Positions 9,638-18,923 of a stretch of DNA of 64,000 nucleotides are shown in pieces. The translations under genes and the position numbers were made by a program. The notes under the pieces are model-generated. The model saw only the letters and a list, made by a program, of their open reading frames with translations, had not been told where the DNA came from and did not search any database. Every line of letters begins with the position of its first letter. Position 1 is the first letter of the stretch. The DNA comes from an uncultured bacterium (lineage in GTDB: Bacteria; Patescibacteriota; Minisyncoccia; Phycocordibacterales; UBA918), in contig CATMPJ010000002.1 of the NCBI GenBank assembly GCA_950073265.1, positions 2,638 to 66,637 of the forward strand, in the 5' to 3' direction.

Positions 9638-10318
9638 ATGAAAAATCCATGGGTAGTTATCGGCGTTATTGCTGTAGTTTTATTTGGTGGCGCATTTTGG
9701 TATTCCAGCGTTGTGACTGAAAAGAATAATGAAGGAGTGGTAGTGGAAGCACATGTAAAAGGGAATCCCGACGCAGCAGTGCGCCTCGTCGAATATAGTG
9801 ATTTCCAATGTCCAGCTTGTGCTGCTTTTCAACCGGTTGTTGAACAAGTCTTAGCCAGCTATGGTGATAGCTTAGCTTTTGAGTATATGCACTATCCATT
9901 GCCAATTCATCCATATGCAGTACAAGCAGCGGTTGCAGCTGAAGCAGCCGGCCAGCAAGACAAATTCTTTGAATATCACGATTTGTTATTTGAACACCAG
10001 ACCGAATGGTCTAATTCTTCCACGCCTGCAGTGCAATTTCAGGCATATGCAGAGGAGTTAGGGCTAGATCTCGAAACCTTCAAACGTCACATGAATTCTA
10101 GTATTCTCAAAGATCACGTACGAACACAAACGCAAACTGGTAGAGACATGGGTATTATGGCGACACCAACTTTCATATTGAACGGAGAACAAATGGTTAT
10201 TGAAACCTATGAAGACTTCATTGCTCAAATCGCCGCAGCGATTGATCCAAATCTAGCTGAGCCAGAGGATGCCGTAACCACAACCAGTACAGATACGGCC
10301 GTCGAGTTTGGTTTGTAG
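9638..10318 (+). CDS. DsbA-family oxidoreductase (canonical topology)
   Basis: TM, EYSDFQCPAC, HYPL, ATPTF..NG; start moved to MKNPW. Confidence 0.9.
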   Translation: MKNPWVVIGVIAVVLFGGAFWYSSVVTEKNNEGVVVEAHVKGNPDAAVRLVEYSDFQCPACAAFQPVVEQVLASYGDSLAFEYMHYPLPIHPYAVQAAVAAEAAGQQDKFFEYHDLLFEHQTEWSNSSTPAVQFQAYAEELGLDLETFKRHMNSSILKDHVRTQTQTGRDMGIMATPTFILNGEQMVIETYEDFIAQIAAAIDPNLAEPEDAVTTTSTDTAVEFGL

Positions 10319-10364
10319 GTCGTTGTATTACTCCGCAAATTAGCGTATGCTTGCGGGCTAACCT

Positions 10365-11651
10365 ATGAGTAAAAAGTCCAAAAACATCGTTGTTTTTGTT
10401 ATGTCCTTGCCAGCCGGCACGGTCGAGCAATTAGCTGAGTTAGAGCGCATTCTCGGATACAAAATCGAGGTGTTACTACTTGTTGATTCGCGCACTAAGA
10501 AGCAGGCCTCTGAGGGTACGGCGAAAAACTGTACTGTTCTAACGTGTGATTTTTCTAAACCAGAGAAAATTGCCGAAACCCTACTACCGTTCCAGGATAG
10601 GTTACTTGCTATTACGTGTCGCTCAGAAAAGAGTATGCCGCGCTTCGCGGCAGTGTTACCACACGTGCCGTATTTACGGACTCCAACGACTGAGTCTCTA
10701 CTCTGGGCAAGCGATAAGTTGTCTATGCGCAAGCGGTTTGCTGTGTATGACAAAAAAATAACACCTACTTTCACTGTTATCACAAAAAACTCAGTTGAAG
10801 ACAGAGAAAAAGCCATAAAGAAAGTTGGCTTTCCCATGATCATTAAGCCTACCAACCTGGCGGCGAGTTTGTTTGTGACTGTCTGCTTCCATGAAGAGGA
10901 GCTAGAGAAGACTTTGCGTACAACCTTTAGGAAATTGCGCAAAGCGTATGAAGCTGATGGACGTGATGAAAGTCCGCGCGTCATTGCAGAAGAGTATATG
11001 GAGGGTGATTTATACTCTATTGATTCCTACGTTGACTCACGTGGTCATGTGCATCATTGTCCACTGGTTAAACAGGTTACTGCAAAACAACGCGGTCATG
11101 AAGACTTCTACAATTACCTTCAGATTACTCCGACTGGGCTAAAAGGCACAACCATAGCGCGCGCTCACTCCGTAACAGAAGCTGGGATTCATTCACTTGG
11201 GTTACGTAGCACCATTGTTCATTCCGAACTGATGAAAGTCGATGATGAATGGAAAATAGTTGAGATTGGTGCTCGCATGGGTGGTTTTAGACACACGCTG
11301 CACGAGTTGAGTTGTGGAATTAATCATACGCTGAATGATGTTCTTATTCGGATTCCTAAAAAACCTAGAATCCCAAAGAAGTGCCAGGGATATGCGTGCG
11401 CCATGAAGTGGTTTGCTGGTAAAGAGGGAATTATTACTGAAATGAAAGGTATTAAGAGAATTGAACAGCTAGAATCATTCAACAGTATTAAAATAAACAA
11501 AAAAATTGGTGATAAGGCAGTATTTGCTCGTAATGGTGGTAGGTCAGTTTTTAATCTCTTTCTTTACAATGCTGATCGATCACGTCTCTTGGCAGATATT
11601 AGACGGGTCGAAAAAATGGTTGATGTAAAGGTCGCCAGTCGAAAAAAATAA
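10365..11651 (+). CDS. ATP-grasp protein (L-amino acid ligase-like)
   Basis: DK..MR, GFPMIIKP, EEYMEG, HSE, EIGARMGG. Confidence 0.85.
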   Translation: MSKKSKNIVVFVMSLPAGTVEQLAELERILGYKIEVLLLVDSRTKKQASEGTAKNCTVLTCDFSKPEKIAETLLPFQDRLLAITCRSEKSMPRFAAVLPHVPYLRTPTTESLLWASDKLSMRKRFAVYDKKITPTFTVITKNSVEDREKAIKKVGFPMIIKPTNLAASLFVTVCFHEEELEKTLRTTFRKLRKAYEADGRDESPRVIAEEYMEGDLYSIDSYVDSRGHVHHCPLVKQVTAKQRGHEDFYNYLQITPTGLKGTTIARAHSVTEAGIHSLGLRSTIVHSELMKVDDEWKIVEIGARMGGFRHTLHELSCGINHTLNDVLIRIPKKPRIPKKCQGYACAMKWFAGKEGIITEMKGIKRIEQLESFNSIKINKKIGDKAVFARNGGRSVFNLFLYNADRSRLLADIRRVEKMVDVKVASRKK

Positions 11652-11658
11652 AGTGGGG

Positions 11659-11688
11659 AAGCGGGGAAAGCAAAGCTTGCCCCGCTTT
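11659..11688 (+). terminator. probable terminator hairpin
   Basis: AAGCGGGG...CCCCGCTTT. Confidence 0.55.
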
Positions 11689-11702
11689 GCTATCATTACA
11701 GC

Positions 11703-12449
11703 ATGATTAAAACTCGCGATCTAGTACTGTTTTTGGTGGTTGTGTTTTTTCTTATCCTCGCAATTGGTGTCAGTTTTTGGTCGGAAGTACGAGTGAGTAC
11801 TACTGGCCCGTCACTTACCTTTGTGAATGATGAGATTGATTCATCTGTTGTAGTGTTTGATAAAGACATCGGACGGAAAACTCGATTGCAAGAGTATCGA
11901 GACAAAATTGCGGCCGGAGCAACTCTGTTTATTCAGACTGAGTTTTACGAAGCTGACGATGTCACCAATCCTGATGCCCCTGTTGATTCGGTAGCCACTC
12001 TTCAACAGTGTGCTAGCTACAACGTGTATCAAGGCGCTTTGATCGACAACACCAGTCCACTAGTCACGGTTGGCGCCAATCGGGTTATTTATGGCTCTGC
12101 ATCTAGTGGCAGCGCTGCGACATCATCTGCAACGAACCAGTCAGTAGTTCTAGCGTTGCCAAGTAACGGTACACGCACAGGTGTGCAATCCTGTGTAACT
12201 TCAGACGTGGTTGGCGTTACGCTTGGTGGTACGTTGATAAGAAACGGCGAAGCAGCTCGTTATGCAGTATTTCCCGAAACAACTTTGATCGGATATGCTT
12301 TGGATGGTTTTCCTATATATGGAGGCACTGCAGAACCACTTGATGATTGTGGAGGCCGAGAAGCTGCAGGAGGGTACCGCTATCACGCTACTCCAGGCGG
12401 AGATTACTTACTGAACTGCTTTAGTGGTACCCCAGTAGTACTCCGCTAA
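11703..12449 (+). CDS. membrane-anchored protein with C-terminal YHYH-like domain
   Basis: IGYALDGFPIYG, LDDCGG, YRYHAT, NCFSG. Confidence 0.7.
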   Translation: MIKTRDLVLFLVVVFFLILAIGVSFWSEVRVSTTGPSLTFVNDEIDSSVVVFDKDIGRKTRLQEYRDKIAAGATLFIQTEFYEADDVTNPDAPVDSVATLQQCASYNVYQGALIDNTSPLVTVGANRVIYGSASSGSAATSSATNQSVVLALPSNGTRTGVQSCVTSDVVGVTLGGTLIRNGEAARYAVFPETTLIGYALDGFPIYGGTAEPLDDCGGREAAGGYRYHATPGGDYLLNCFSGTPVVLR

Positions 12450-12453
12450 GAGT

Positions 12454-13092
12454 ATGTCAACACTTGTTTTCGATATTGAAACTAGACCATTTGATACATC
12501 GGTGTCAGAAGCAGCGCTATCGCCGCTTACTTCAGCACTTTCGCTTTTAGGTGTATATGATTTAGAAAGAGATGTCGGTACAGTCTACGTAATTAGTAAT
12601 AAAGATTTGGTGGACGGACAAGATGACCCAAGGTGGCAGTTCAAATCTAATTCAGAAGTAGTTGTCCTCGAGGAATTTTGGTTAGGTACGCAGTCATACG
12701 ATGTCTTTGTTGGATTCGGTACACGACGCTTTGATGTGCCGTTTCTAATGCATCGTTCAATCGCGTCATCAGTGCGACCTTCAATGCGTCTGATGAAGCA
12801 AAAGGTTTTATCGAGACAGGAGTTACCCTATCATGTGGATTTGTTAGATGAGTACTCTTTTTATGGACAAATGAGCAGGTCGCTTTCATTAATTGCTTTA
12901 GCAAAATTGTATCAGCTATCGGAAATAGATAACATGCTTACATACGATGTTGTTGCAGAAGCGGCCGAAGAGGAAGATCTTGAATCGTTGTACAAACACA
13001 TGATTGCGAAGCTTACCGTGACAGCTAAACTTTATGGTATCTGGAAAACGAATCTCGCGCCGCCGCAGTTCATGAATACGATTGATTTATAG
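12454..13092 (+). CDS. PolB-exonuclease-like (RNase H-fold) protein
   Basis: VFDIET (ExoI), RRFDVPFL (ExoII), HVDLLD. Confidence 0.75.
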   Translation: MSTLVFDIETRPFDTSVSEAALSPLTSALSLLGVYDLERDVGTVYVISNKDLVDGQDDPRWQFKSNSEVVVLEEFWLGTQSYDVFVGFGTRRFDVPFLMHRSIASSVRPSMRLMKQKVLSRQELPYHVDLLDEYSFYGQMSRSLSLIALAKLYQLSEIDNMLTYDVVAEAAEEEDLESLYKHMIAKLTVTAKLYGIWKTNLAPPQFMNTIDL

Positions 13093-13131
13093 CCACTCTC
13101 AATACAACGGTATTCTGTTATACTTACCCAG

Positions 13132-14361
13132 ATGAATGAAAAAAAATTTCCGGACGGATTTTATTGGGGAGCTGCCACTGCCTCCTACCAAGTAGAAGGA
13201 GGAATCGATAACTGCGACTGGGCAAAGGCTGCTCGTGAGGAACGGGTGCCGGTGTGCGGACAAGCCTGTGATCATTATCATCGCTATGAAACAGACTTTG
13301 ATATTGCTAAAAGTCTTGGCCACACTGCCCATCGTTTTTCTATTGAGTGGGCAAGAATTGAGCCCGAAGAAGGGAAGTTTAATCAAGAAGCTGTTGCACA
13401 CTATCGAAACGTTTTGCTAGCACTGCATGCTCGCGGTATCAAGCCGTTTGTGACGCTATGGCACTTTACATTACCACTTTGGTTTTCTGAGAGCGGAGGG
13501 TTTGAACGGGCTGATTCGCCAGAAATCTTTGCTCAGTATTGCGCTTTCGTGGTAAAAGAACTCGATGATTTGTGTGAACACTTCTCAACACAAAATGAGC
13601 CAAATGTGGTTGGTAGCAACGGGTGGTTGCGCGGCACCTGGCCACCCTTTAAACGTTTCGCACTCACAGACTTAGTGTCTATCACCAATTCTGGCAAGTC
13701 ATATGAACCGCGTTCGCAAAGAGGCTTCAAGCCGTTGTTTCTTTATATGCGAGTGATGAAAAATCTAGCTTGTTCACATAACGCCGCTTATATTGCTATT
13801 AAAAAAGTCTCACCAAATATAGAGGTAAGTGTGGTAAAGCACACCATAGTGTTTGATTCTAACTGGAATCCTATAAACAAGCTAAAAGCAGCTATTGCAA
13901 ACTACGCGTGGACACGCATCTATATGAATCGGGTGAAAAAGCATGTCGATTCGATTGGTCTTAATTATTATTTTTATACGAAATTTGGTGATAAGAGACA
14001 GTGGAGAAAGACAGATATGGACTGGAACTTCGCTCCGGAGCATATTTACGATGCGCTAAAAATGCTCTCAGTGTACAAAGTGCCACTTTTCGTGTCTGAG
14101 GCGGGTATTGCAGATGCGGACGATAGTGGTCGGGCCGAATATATCCAAAAACAAGTACAGGCGACTTGGCAGGCTATTCAAGACGGCATTGATGTGCGGG
14201 GTCATATGTATTGGTCGCTTTTGGATAACTACGAATGGGCACTTGGTTTTGAAAAACGTTTTGGCTTAGTTGAGATTGACTACAACACCCTGGAAAGAAG
14301 AATACGACCGTCGGCGTACGTGTATAAAGATATCTGCCAACACAACGCAGTGCTAGAATAG
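13132..14361 (+). CDS. glycoside hydrolase family 1
   Basis: FYWGAATASYQVEG, RFSIEWARIEP, QNEP acid/base, VSEAG nucleophile, WSLLDNYEW. Confidence 0.95.
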   Translation: MNEKKFPDGFYWGAATASYQVEGGIDNCDWAKAAREERVPVCGQACDHYHRYETDFDIAKSLGHTAHRFSIEWARIEPEEGKFNQEAVAHYRNVLLALHARGIKPFVTLWHFTLPLWFSESGGFERADSPEIFAQYCAFVVKELDDLCEHFSTQNEPNVVGSNGWLRGTWPPFKRFALTDLVSITNSGKSYEPRSQRGFKPLFLYMRVMKNLACSHNAAYIAIKKVSPNIEVSVVKHTIVFDSNWNPINKLKAAIANYAWTRIYMNRVKKHVDSIGLNYYFYTKFGDKRQWRKTDMDWNFAPEHIYDALKMLSVYKVPLFVSEAGIADADDSGRAEYIQKQVQATWQAIQDGIDVRGHMYWSLLDNYEWALGFEKRFGLVEIDYNTLERRIRPSAYVYKDICQHNAVLE

Positions 14362-14366
14362 TAGAA

Positions 14367-15299
14367 ATGAACTGGATTATTCTAGCTACGTTTGGACAAT
14401 TTCTAAACGCTATTGTGGCGATTTTAGATAAATACATTGTTTCAGACGAAAAGGTACTACCTAGACCATTTGTATATGCATTCTATTCCTGTCTTCTGAC
14501 TGGTTTTTGGGCGGCGATTTATTTTTTAGGTCTCATTCCACAATTAGCCGCAATTGGGATGCCTAGCCTGGTAAATGTTACGTTTCCAACTATCCAAGTG
14601 CTAAGTATGTCATTTTTGACAGCCTACACGTTCTTCATGGCGTTAGTATCTATGTACGAAGCCCTTAAAAACTCAGATGCGTCAAATGCCATTCCGATTA
14701 TTGGCGCGGTATCAGCTCTAGCGACCTTCGGTCTAAGCTATCTGTTTTTGGATGCTGCGCTTACTTCTGAGCACATTCTGGGTATCTTTTTGCTCGCGTT
14801 CGGTACTTTGTTGGTTTCTAAAACACTACCCACTTCTCATGTAGCTCTACATACGATACACAGTGGTTTGTTCTTTGCGCTACATTACATCACCATGAAG
14901 GGATTATTTATTGAGACTAGCTTCGATAACGGATTTTTCTGGTCACGAATTTCTTTTGTGCTGTTCGCACTCTCACTGTTATTGGTACCTGTCTACTTAG
15001 AAAAAATAAAAACACAGACAAAAGATTCAAACCGGAGAGCTGGAATGCTGGTCTTATTTAACAAAGTGCTGGCGGGCGTGGCAGCTTTTCTGCTGCTCAA
15101 AGCTACTGATTTTGGAGATGTTTCCGTGGTGCAAGCATTAGACGGATTAAAATTCGTATTCATTCTATTGATTGCTGCTGTGTTCCATTATTGGTTGCCA
15201 GACACTGCTGTAGACAAAGATACTCGTCCCCGAATTCTCATCCAAAAATTTATTTATGTAGCACTTATTTTGGCCGGCTTCTTAGTTATCTTTATATGA
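14367..15299 (+). CDS. EamA/DMT-family membrane transporter
   Basis: ~10 TMs in two repeats, DK motif near N-terminus. Confidence 0.7.
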   Translation: MNWIILATFGQFLNAIVAILDKYIVSDEKVLPRPFVYAFYSCLLTGFWAAIYFLGLIPQLAAIGMPSLVNVTFPTIQVLSMSFLTAYTFFMALVSMYEALKNSDASNAIPIIGAVSALATFGLSYLFLDAALTSEHILGIFLLAFGTLLVSKTLPTSHVALHTIHSGLFFALHYITMKGLFIETSFDNGFFWSRISFVLFALSLLLVPVYLEKIKTQTKDSNRRAGMLVLFNKVLAGVAAFLLLKATDFGDVSVVQALDGLKFVFILLIAAVFHYWLPDTAVDKDTRPRILIQKFIYVALILAGFLVIFI

Positions 15300-15314
15300 T
15301 AAAGTGGAGTCAAT

Positions 15315-16331
15315 ATGAAAGTTCGTAAGTGGTCCTGGCTGCGTTGGTTATTGATAGGAATTTTACTCTTTTTAATTGTCACCAGCTTGCTCATCTTTTT
15401 GTTGGCTCAGAAAGAGAAACCAGAACAAATAGTATACGGTGCATCTTTTAATACTCTCTATGCACGCGAACTAAATCTTGATTGGAAAGAGACGTATGAT
15501 GCGATGCTTAACGAACTGGGTGTTCGGCACTTACGCCTAGCAGCTCATTGGACAATGGTGGAAGAACGCCAGGATGAATATGACTTCTCAGAGCTTGATT
15601 ATCAAGTTGCGCGAGCAGAAGAGGTTGGAGCAACGGTAGTGATGGCGGTTGGTCGTCGCCTGCCGCGCTGGCCGGAATGTCATATCCCAGAATGGGCTGC
15701 AAGTCTATCAGAAGCAGAGCGGAACGAGCAATTACTTTCATACATAGAAACGGTCATAAATCGTTATAAAGACAGTCCAGCTATCACCGTTTGGCAAGTA
15801 GAAAATGAGCCATTTTTGGAAGTATTCGCATTTGAACACTGTGGTCATTTGGATACTGACTTACTAGACAAAGAAATAGCACTGGTTCGATCACTCGATG
15901 GCACTAGACCCATCCTAGTGACTGATAGTGGAAACCTGGGTACGTGGGCTGGGGCTTACTCTCGTGGCGATATGTTCGGAACAAGTGTATATGTGCATTT
16001 CTGGAATCCAGATTTGGGCCAGTTTCGAACCTTCTTACCGCCGTGGTTTTACCGAGTCAAAGACAATGTCATGTCATTGGTATATGGTGAAAAAACTTCG
16101 GTCCTTATTGAGTTGTCAGCTGAACCTTGGCTAATCGAACCAATCACAGATGTTGATCTAGAAACACAGTTTACTCGGATGAATCCAGAAAAATTTGAAG
16201 ACATTTTACAATATGCTGAAGGTACTTATTACGAGGAGCAGTATTTATGGGGCGCTGAGTGGTGGTATTGGCTCCATCTGCAAGGCCGTAGTGATATGTG
16301 GGACAGAGCTAAAGAACTCTATAAGAAGTAA
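15315..16331 (+). CDS. membrane-anchored clan GH-A glycoside hydrolase (GH5/GH42-like)
   Basis: TM, PRWPECH.P, WQVENEP, ELSAEPW, LWGAEWW. Confidence 0.8.
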   Translation: MKVRKWSWLRWLLIGILLFLIVTSLLIFLLAQKEKPEQIVYGASFNTLYARELNLDWKETYDAMLNELGVRHLRLAAHWTMVEERQDEYDFSELDYQVARAEEVGATVVMAVGRRLPRWPECHIPEWAASLSEAERNEQLLSYIETVINRYKDSPAITVWQVENEPFLEVFAFEHCGHLDTDLLDKEIALVRSLDGTRPILVTDSGNLGTWAGAYSRGDMFGTSVYVHFWNPDLGQFRTFLPPWFYRVKDNVMSLVYGEKTSVLIELSAEPWLIEPITDVDLETQFTRMNPEKFEDILQYAEGTYYEEQYLWGAEWWYWLHLQGRSDMWDRAKELYKK

Positions 16332-16688
16332 ATGTTATTCTTTAAAAAAGTAATTTTATTTTTCTTTACGACCTTTTTTCTCATTGCGGCAACGTTATTT
16401 GTGTATTCGCAATATTTCAAAGTTGAATTCACGCAAACCAAAGCACAAAAAGCACCCGAGACTGACAGCATTACTGCCACTTCTACAATTAATATAGAGC
16501 CGTCGGTGATTCCAGACGATCAATTTGAGGTTTTGAAAAAGGCCGGAGTTGATCCTGAAAACATTTCAATTACTAGTGAGATGATTACTTGCGCTGAAGA
16601 AGCTGTCGGGCGAGAGCGTCTGTCTGAAATTGCAGAAGGTAATAAGCCATCTTTGATTGAAATAAGAAAATTGATGTCGTGTCTGTAG
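16332..16688 (+). CDS. hypothetical membrane-anchored protein
   Basis: N-terminal TM, starts immediately after the GH stop. Confidence 0.65.
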   Translation: MLFFKKVILFFFTTFFLIAATLFVYSQYFKVEFTQTKAQKAPETDSITATSTINIEPSVIPDDQFEVLKKAGVDPENISITSEMITCAEEAVGRERLSEIAEGNKPSLIEIRKLMSCL

Positions 16689-16744
16689 TCTTTCTGCAAG
16701 AGAAAACAGTTTCTTTTTTCTGATAAAATGTGTATTGTGTAGGT

Positions 16745-17863
16745 ATGAATTACGTGTGTAAACAAGTGGTCGTAGCACTGGCTTTTCTGCTAGTGCTGCC
16801 ACTCTCTGTATCAGCTGAAACAGTATTGAGAACAGGAGAATCAGTATCTATAACTAACGACAGTGGAGTAGTTGGTGATTTTTACGGTGCTGGTAATGTT
16901 GTGACGGTATCTGGTTTAATTGAAGGCGATTTTGTCTCTCTGTCTGGACGTACAACCCACAATGGCCAGGTGAGTGGAGACTTACTGGCTGCCGGAGCAA
17001 CTGTTGATATTCACGGAGCAGTTGGTGATGATGTTCGAATTGTCGCCGGCGAGGCAGTTATTGCAGACGTAATTTCTGGTGATTTAGTTGTTCTGGCCGG
17101 AACTGTAAAAATCCTCTCAACTGCTACGGTTGAAGGAGATGTCTTCATATATGCACAAGATGCTGAGATTACGGGTCCGGTTGGAGGTACGGTTTTTGGA
17201 AATATACGAAATATACGCATTGATTCTCCTGTTGGTGGTGATGTGAGTGTACAGACGAGCCAACTCGTTCTTGGTGAGAATGCAGATGTCTCTGGTTCTG
17301 TTACCTATACGAGCGCTCACTTATTAGAGCGCTCACCAAATGCAGTTGTAAGTGGAGAAGTATTACGAAACGACAGCGCGTCAGCAGATCCTGAAGAATC
17401 ACCACTTCAAAAATATATTTACGCAGCATTAATGCTCATCTTTGCCACACTCATATGGTATCTACTCTCACGACAGACGCTTCATTCTGTCGTACAAACG
17501 GCACTTGAATATTCACCAAGACCGATATTGTATGGATTGACAGCATTAATTGGTTTACCTGTTTTGGCGATGGTGTTAATCACTAGTATGCTCGGCATTG
17601 CAGTTGGCACATTTGTAGTAATAATTTATATCGGTCTGCTTCTCCTGTCAGTCATTGCCACTGCTGCCACACTCGGAGTAGGCGCATTCAAAATACTAAA
17701 TCAACCCACTAAAAACCTAACGGTCATGCCGCTATTGTTTGGTTGTATTATTGCGGTTGCTTTGCCAATTATCCCTATTGTTGGGCCGTTGGTCTTAGTG
17801 TGTGTATTTCTGGTTACTTTTGGAGCTGTCGTAGAACGTTTGGTAACGCTACTTAGGAAGTAG
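16745..17863 (+). CDS. bactofilin-like beta-helix repeat protein with C-terminal membrane domain
   Basis: Signal peptide, repeated V.GD....G..V.I.G.V motifs, 4-5 C-terminal TMs. Confidence 0.8.
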   Translation: MNYVCKQVVVALAFLLVLPLSVSAETVLRTGESVSITNDSGVVGDFYGAGNVVTVSGLIEGDFVSLSGRTTHNGQVSGDLLAAGATVDIHGAVGDDVRIVAGEAVIADVISGDLVVLAGTVKILSTATVEGDVFIYAQDAEITGPVGGTVFGNIRNIRIDSPVGGDVSVQTSQLVLGENADVSGSVTYTSAHLLERSPNAVVSGEVLRNDSASADPEESPLQKYIYAALMLIFATLIWYLLSRQTLHSVVQTALEYSPRPILYGLTALIGLPVLAMVLITSMLGIAVGTFVVIIYIGLLLLSVIATAATLGVGAFKILNQPTKNLTVMPLLFGCIIAVALPIIPIVGPLVLVCVFLVTFGAVVERLVTLLRK

Positions 17864-17974
17864 TCATGCACAGTGTTTCGACTATATAGCAGAGTCTTAA
17901 GAATCTGTAGTTTTAAACGAACCAGGTTTTGTTCGGGCCCGGCATTAGTATTTAAAATTTGGTAAAATCATTAC

Positions 17975-18661
17975 ATGAAACCAGTAGCATTTTTTGATAT
18001 TGATGGCACCATCTTTCGCTCCAGCCTCTTGGTTGAGCTTGTCGAGGCTTTGGTTGAAGAGGGCAGCTTTCCGGCTGAAGCCATTTTTGAGTATGCAGAT
18101 TCACATGAGCGGTGGCGCAACCGGGAGGGAACATACGATGAATATATAGCGGATGTGGTTGATTCTTTTGTGCGACACATTAAAGGTGTCCATTACGGGA
18201 CGTTTGCCGATTTAGCCAGAAAAGTAGTCAGGCTGCAAAGCAAACATGTATATCGATATACACGAGACTTAATACAGCAACTGCGAGCAGAAGGGTATAC
18301 GACTATCGCCATCTCACAGTCACCGAAAACAATTTTGGATGAATTTTGCCGACAGTATGGCTTTGATAAAGTATACGGAAGAATTTATGAGATCGGCCCT
18401 AATGATTGCTTTACTGGGGCAGTTACTGCAGAAGACCTTATTCAAGATAAATCAAAAATTGTGGAGCGTGTATATGACCGCTCTCCCGAACTGTCACCCG
18501 CAGCTTCAATTGCTGTCGGGGATACAGAGGGTGATATTTCATTGCTAGAAAGTGTTGCTCGACCAATATGCTTTAACCCTAACTTTGTATTGTATGCACA
18601 TGCCAAGGAAAAGGGATGGGAAGTTGTAGTAGAACGCAAAGACGTCATTTATAAACTATAA
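17975..18661 (+). CDS. HAD-IB family hydrolase (SerB-like)
   Basis: FFDIDGT, ISQS, K, GDTEGD, NP. Confidence 0.9.
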   Translation: MKPVAFFDIDGTIFRSSLLVELVEALVEEGSFPAEAIFEYADSHERWRNREGTYDEYIADVVDSFVRHIKGVHYGTFADLARKVVRLQSKHVYRYTRDLIQQLRAEGYTTIAISQSPKTILDEFCRQYGFDKVYGRIYEIGPNDCFTGAVTAEDLIQDKSKIVERVYDRSPELSPAASIAVGDTEGDISLLESVARPICFNPNFVLYAHAKEKGWEVVVERKDVIYKL

Positions 18662-18704
18662 AAGAGACTCTTGTCCATCTCAAGAAACGCGTTATCATGG
18701 TGTC

Positions 18705-18920
18705 ATGAAAAAATTAACCCGAAGTCAAGAGAAAGCAGTGGTTGCGGGAGTGCTAGCAGGTCTTGCGAAGTATTTTGATCATGATCCGGTGTTATATCGG
18801 GTGATAGCCATAACATTTTTGATAATCACCGGATTCTTTCCTGGTGTTCTCATGTATCTAGCGGCATGGATTATCATGCCTAAGACTCCTGTGTCAACAG
18901 ACTACGAAGTCGTCGAATAA
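18705..18920 (+). CDS. pspC: PspC domain protein
   Basis: KKLTRS...VAGV.AGLA.YF..DP...R, Y..AWIIMP. Confidence 0.88.
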   Translation: MKKLTRSQEKAVVAGVLAGLAKYFDHDPVLYRVIAITFLIITGFFPGVLMYLAAWIIMPKTPVSTDYEVVE

Positions 18921-18923
18921 GCA

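Noticed and set aside
10358-10984. Long antisense ORFs (also within groEL, typA, rnj, uvrA and the CAP gene)
   Set aside because: Shadow frames opposite well-supported genes, with no recognisable motifs
17861-17936. Three short tandem hairpins after the bactofilin-like gene
   Set aside because: Stems of only about 5 bp could arise by chance; no promoter or motif support
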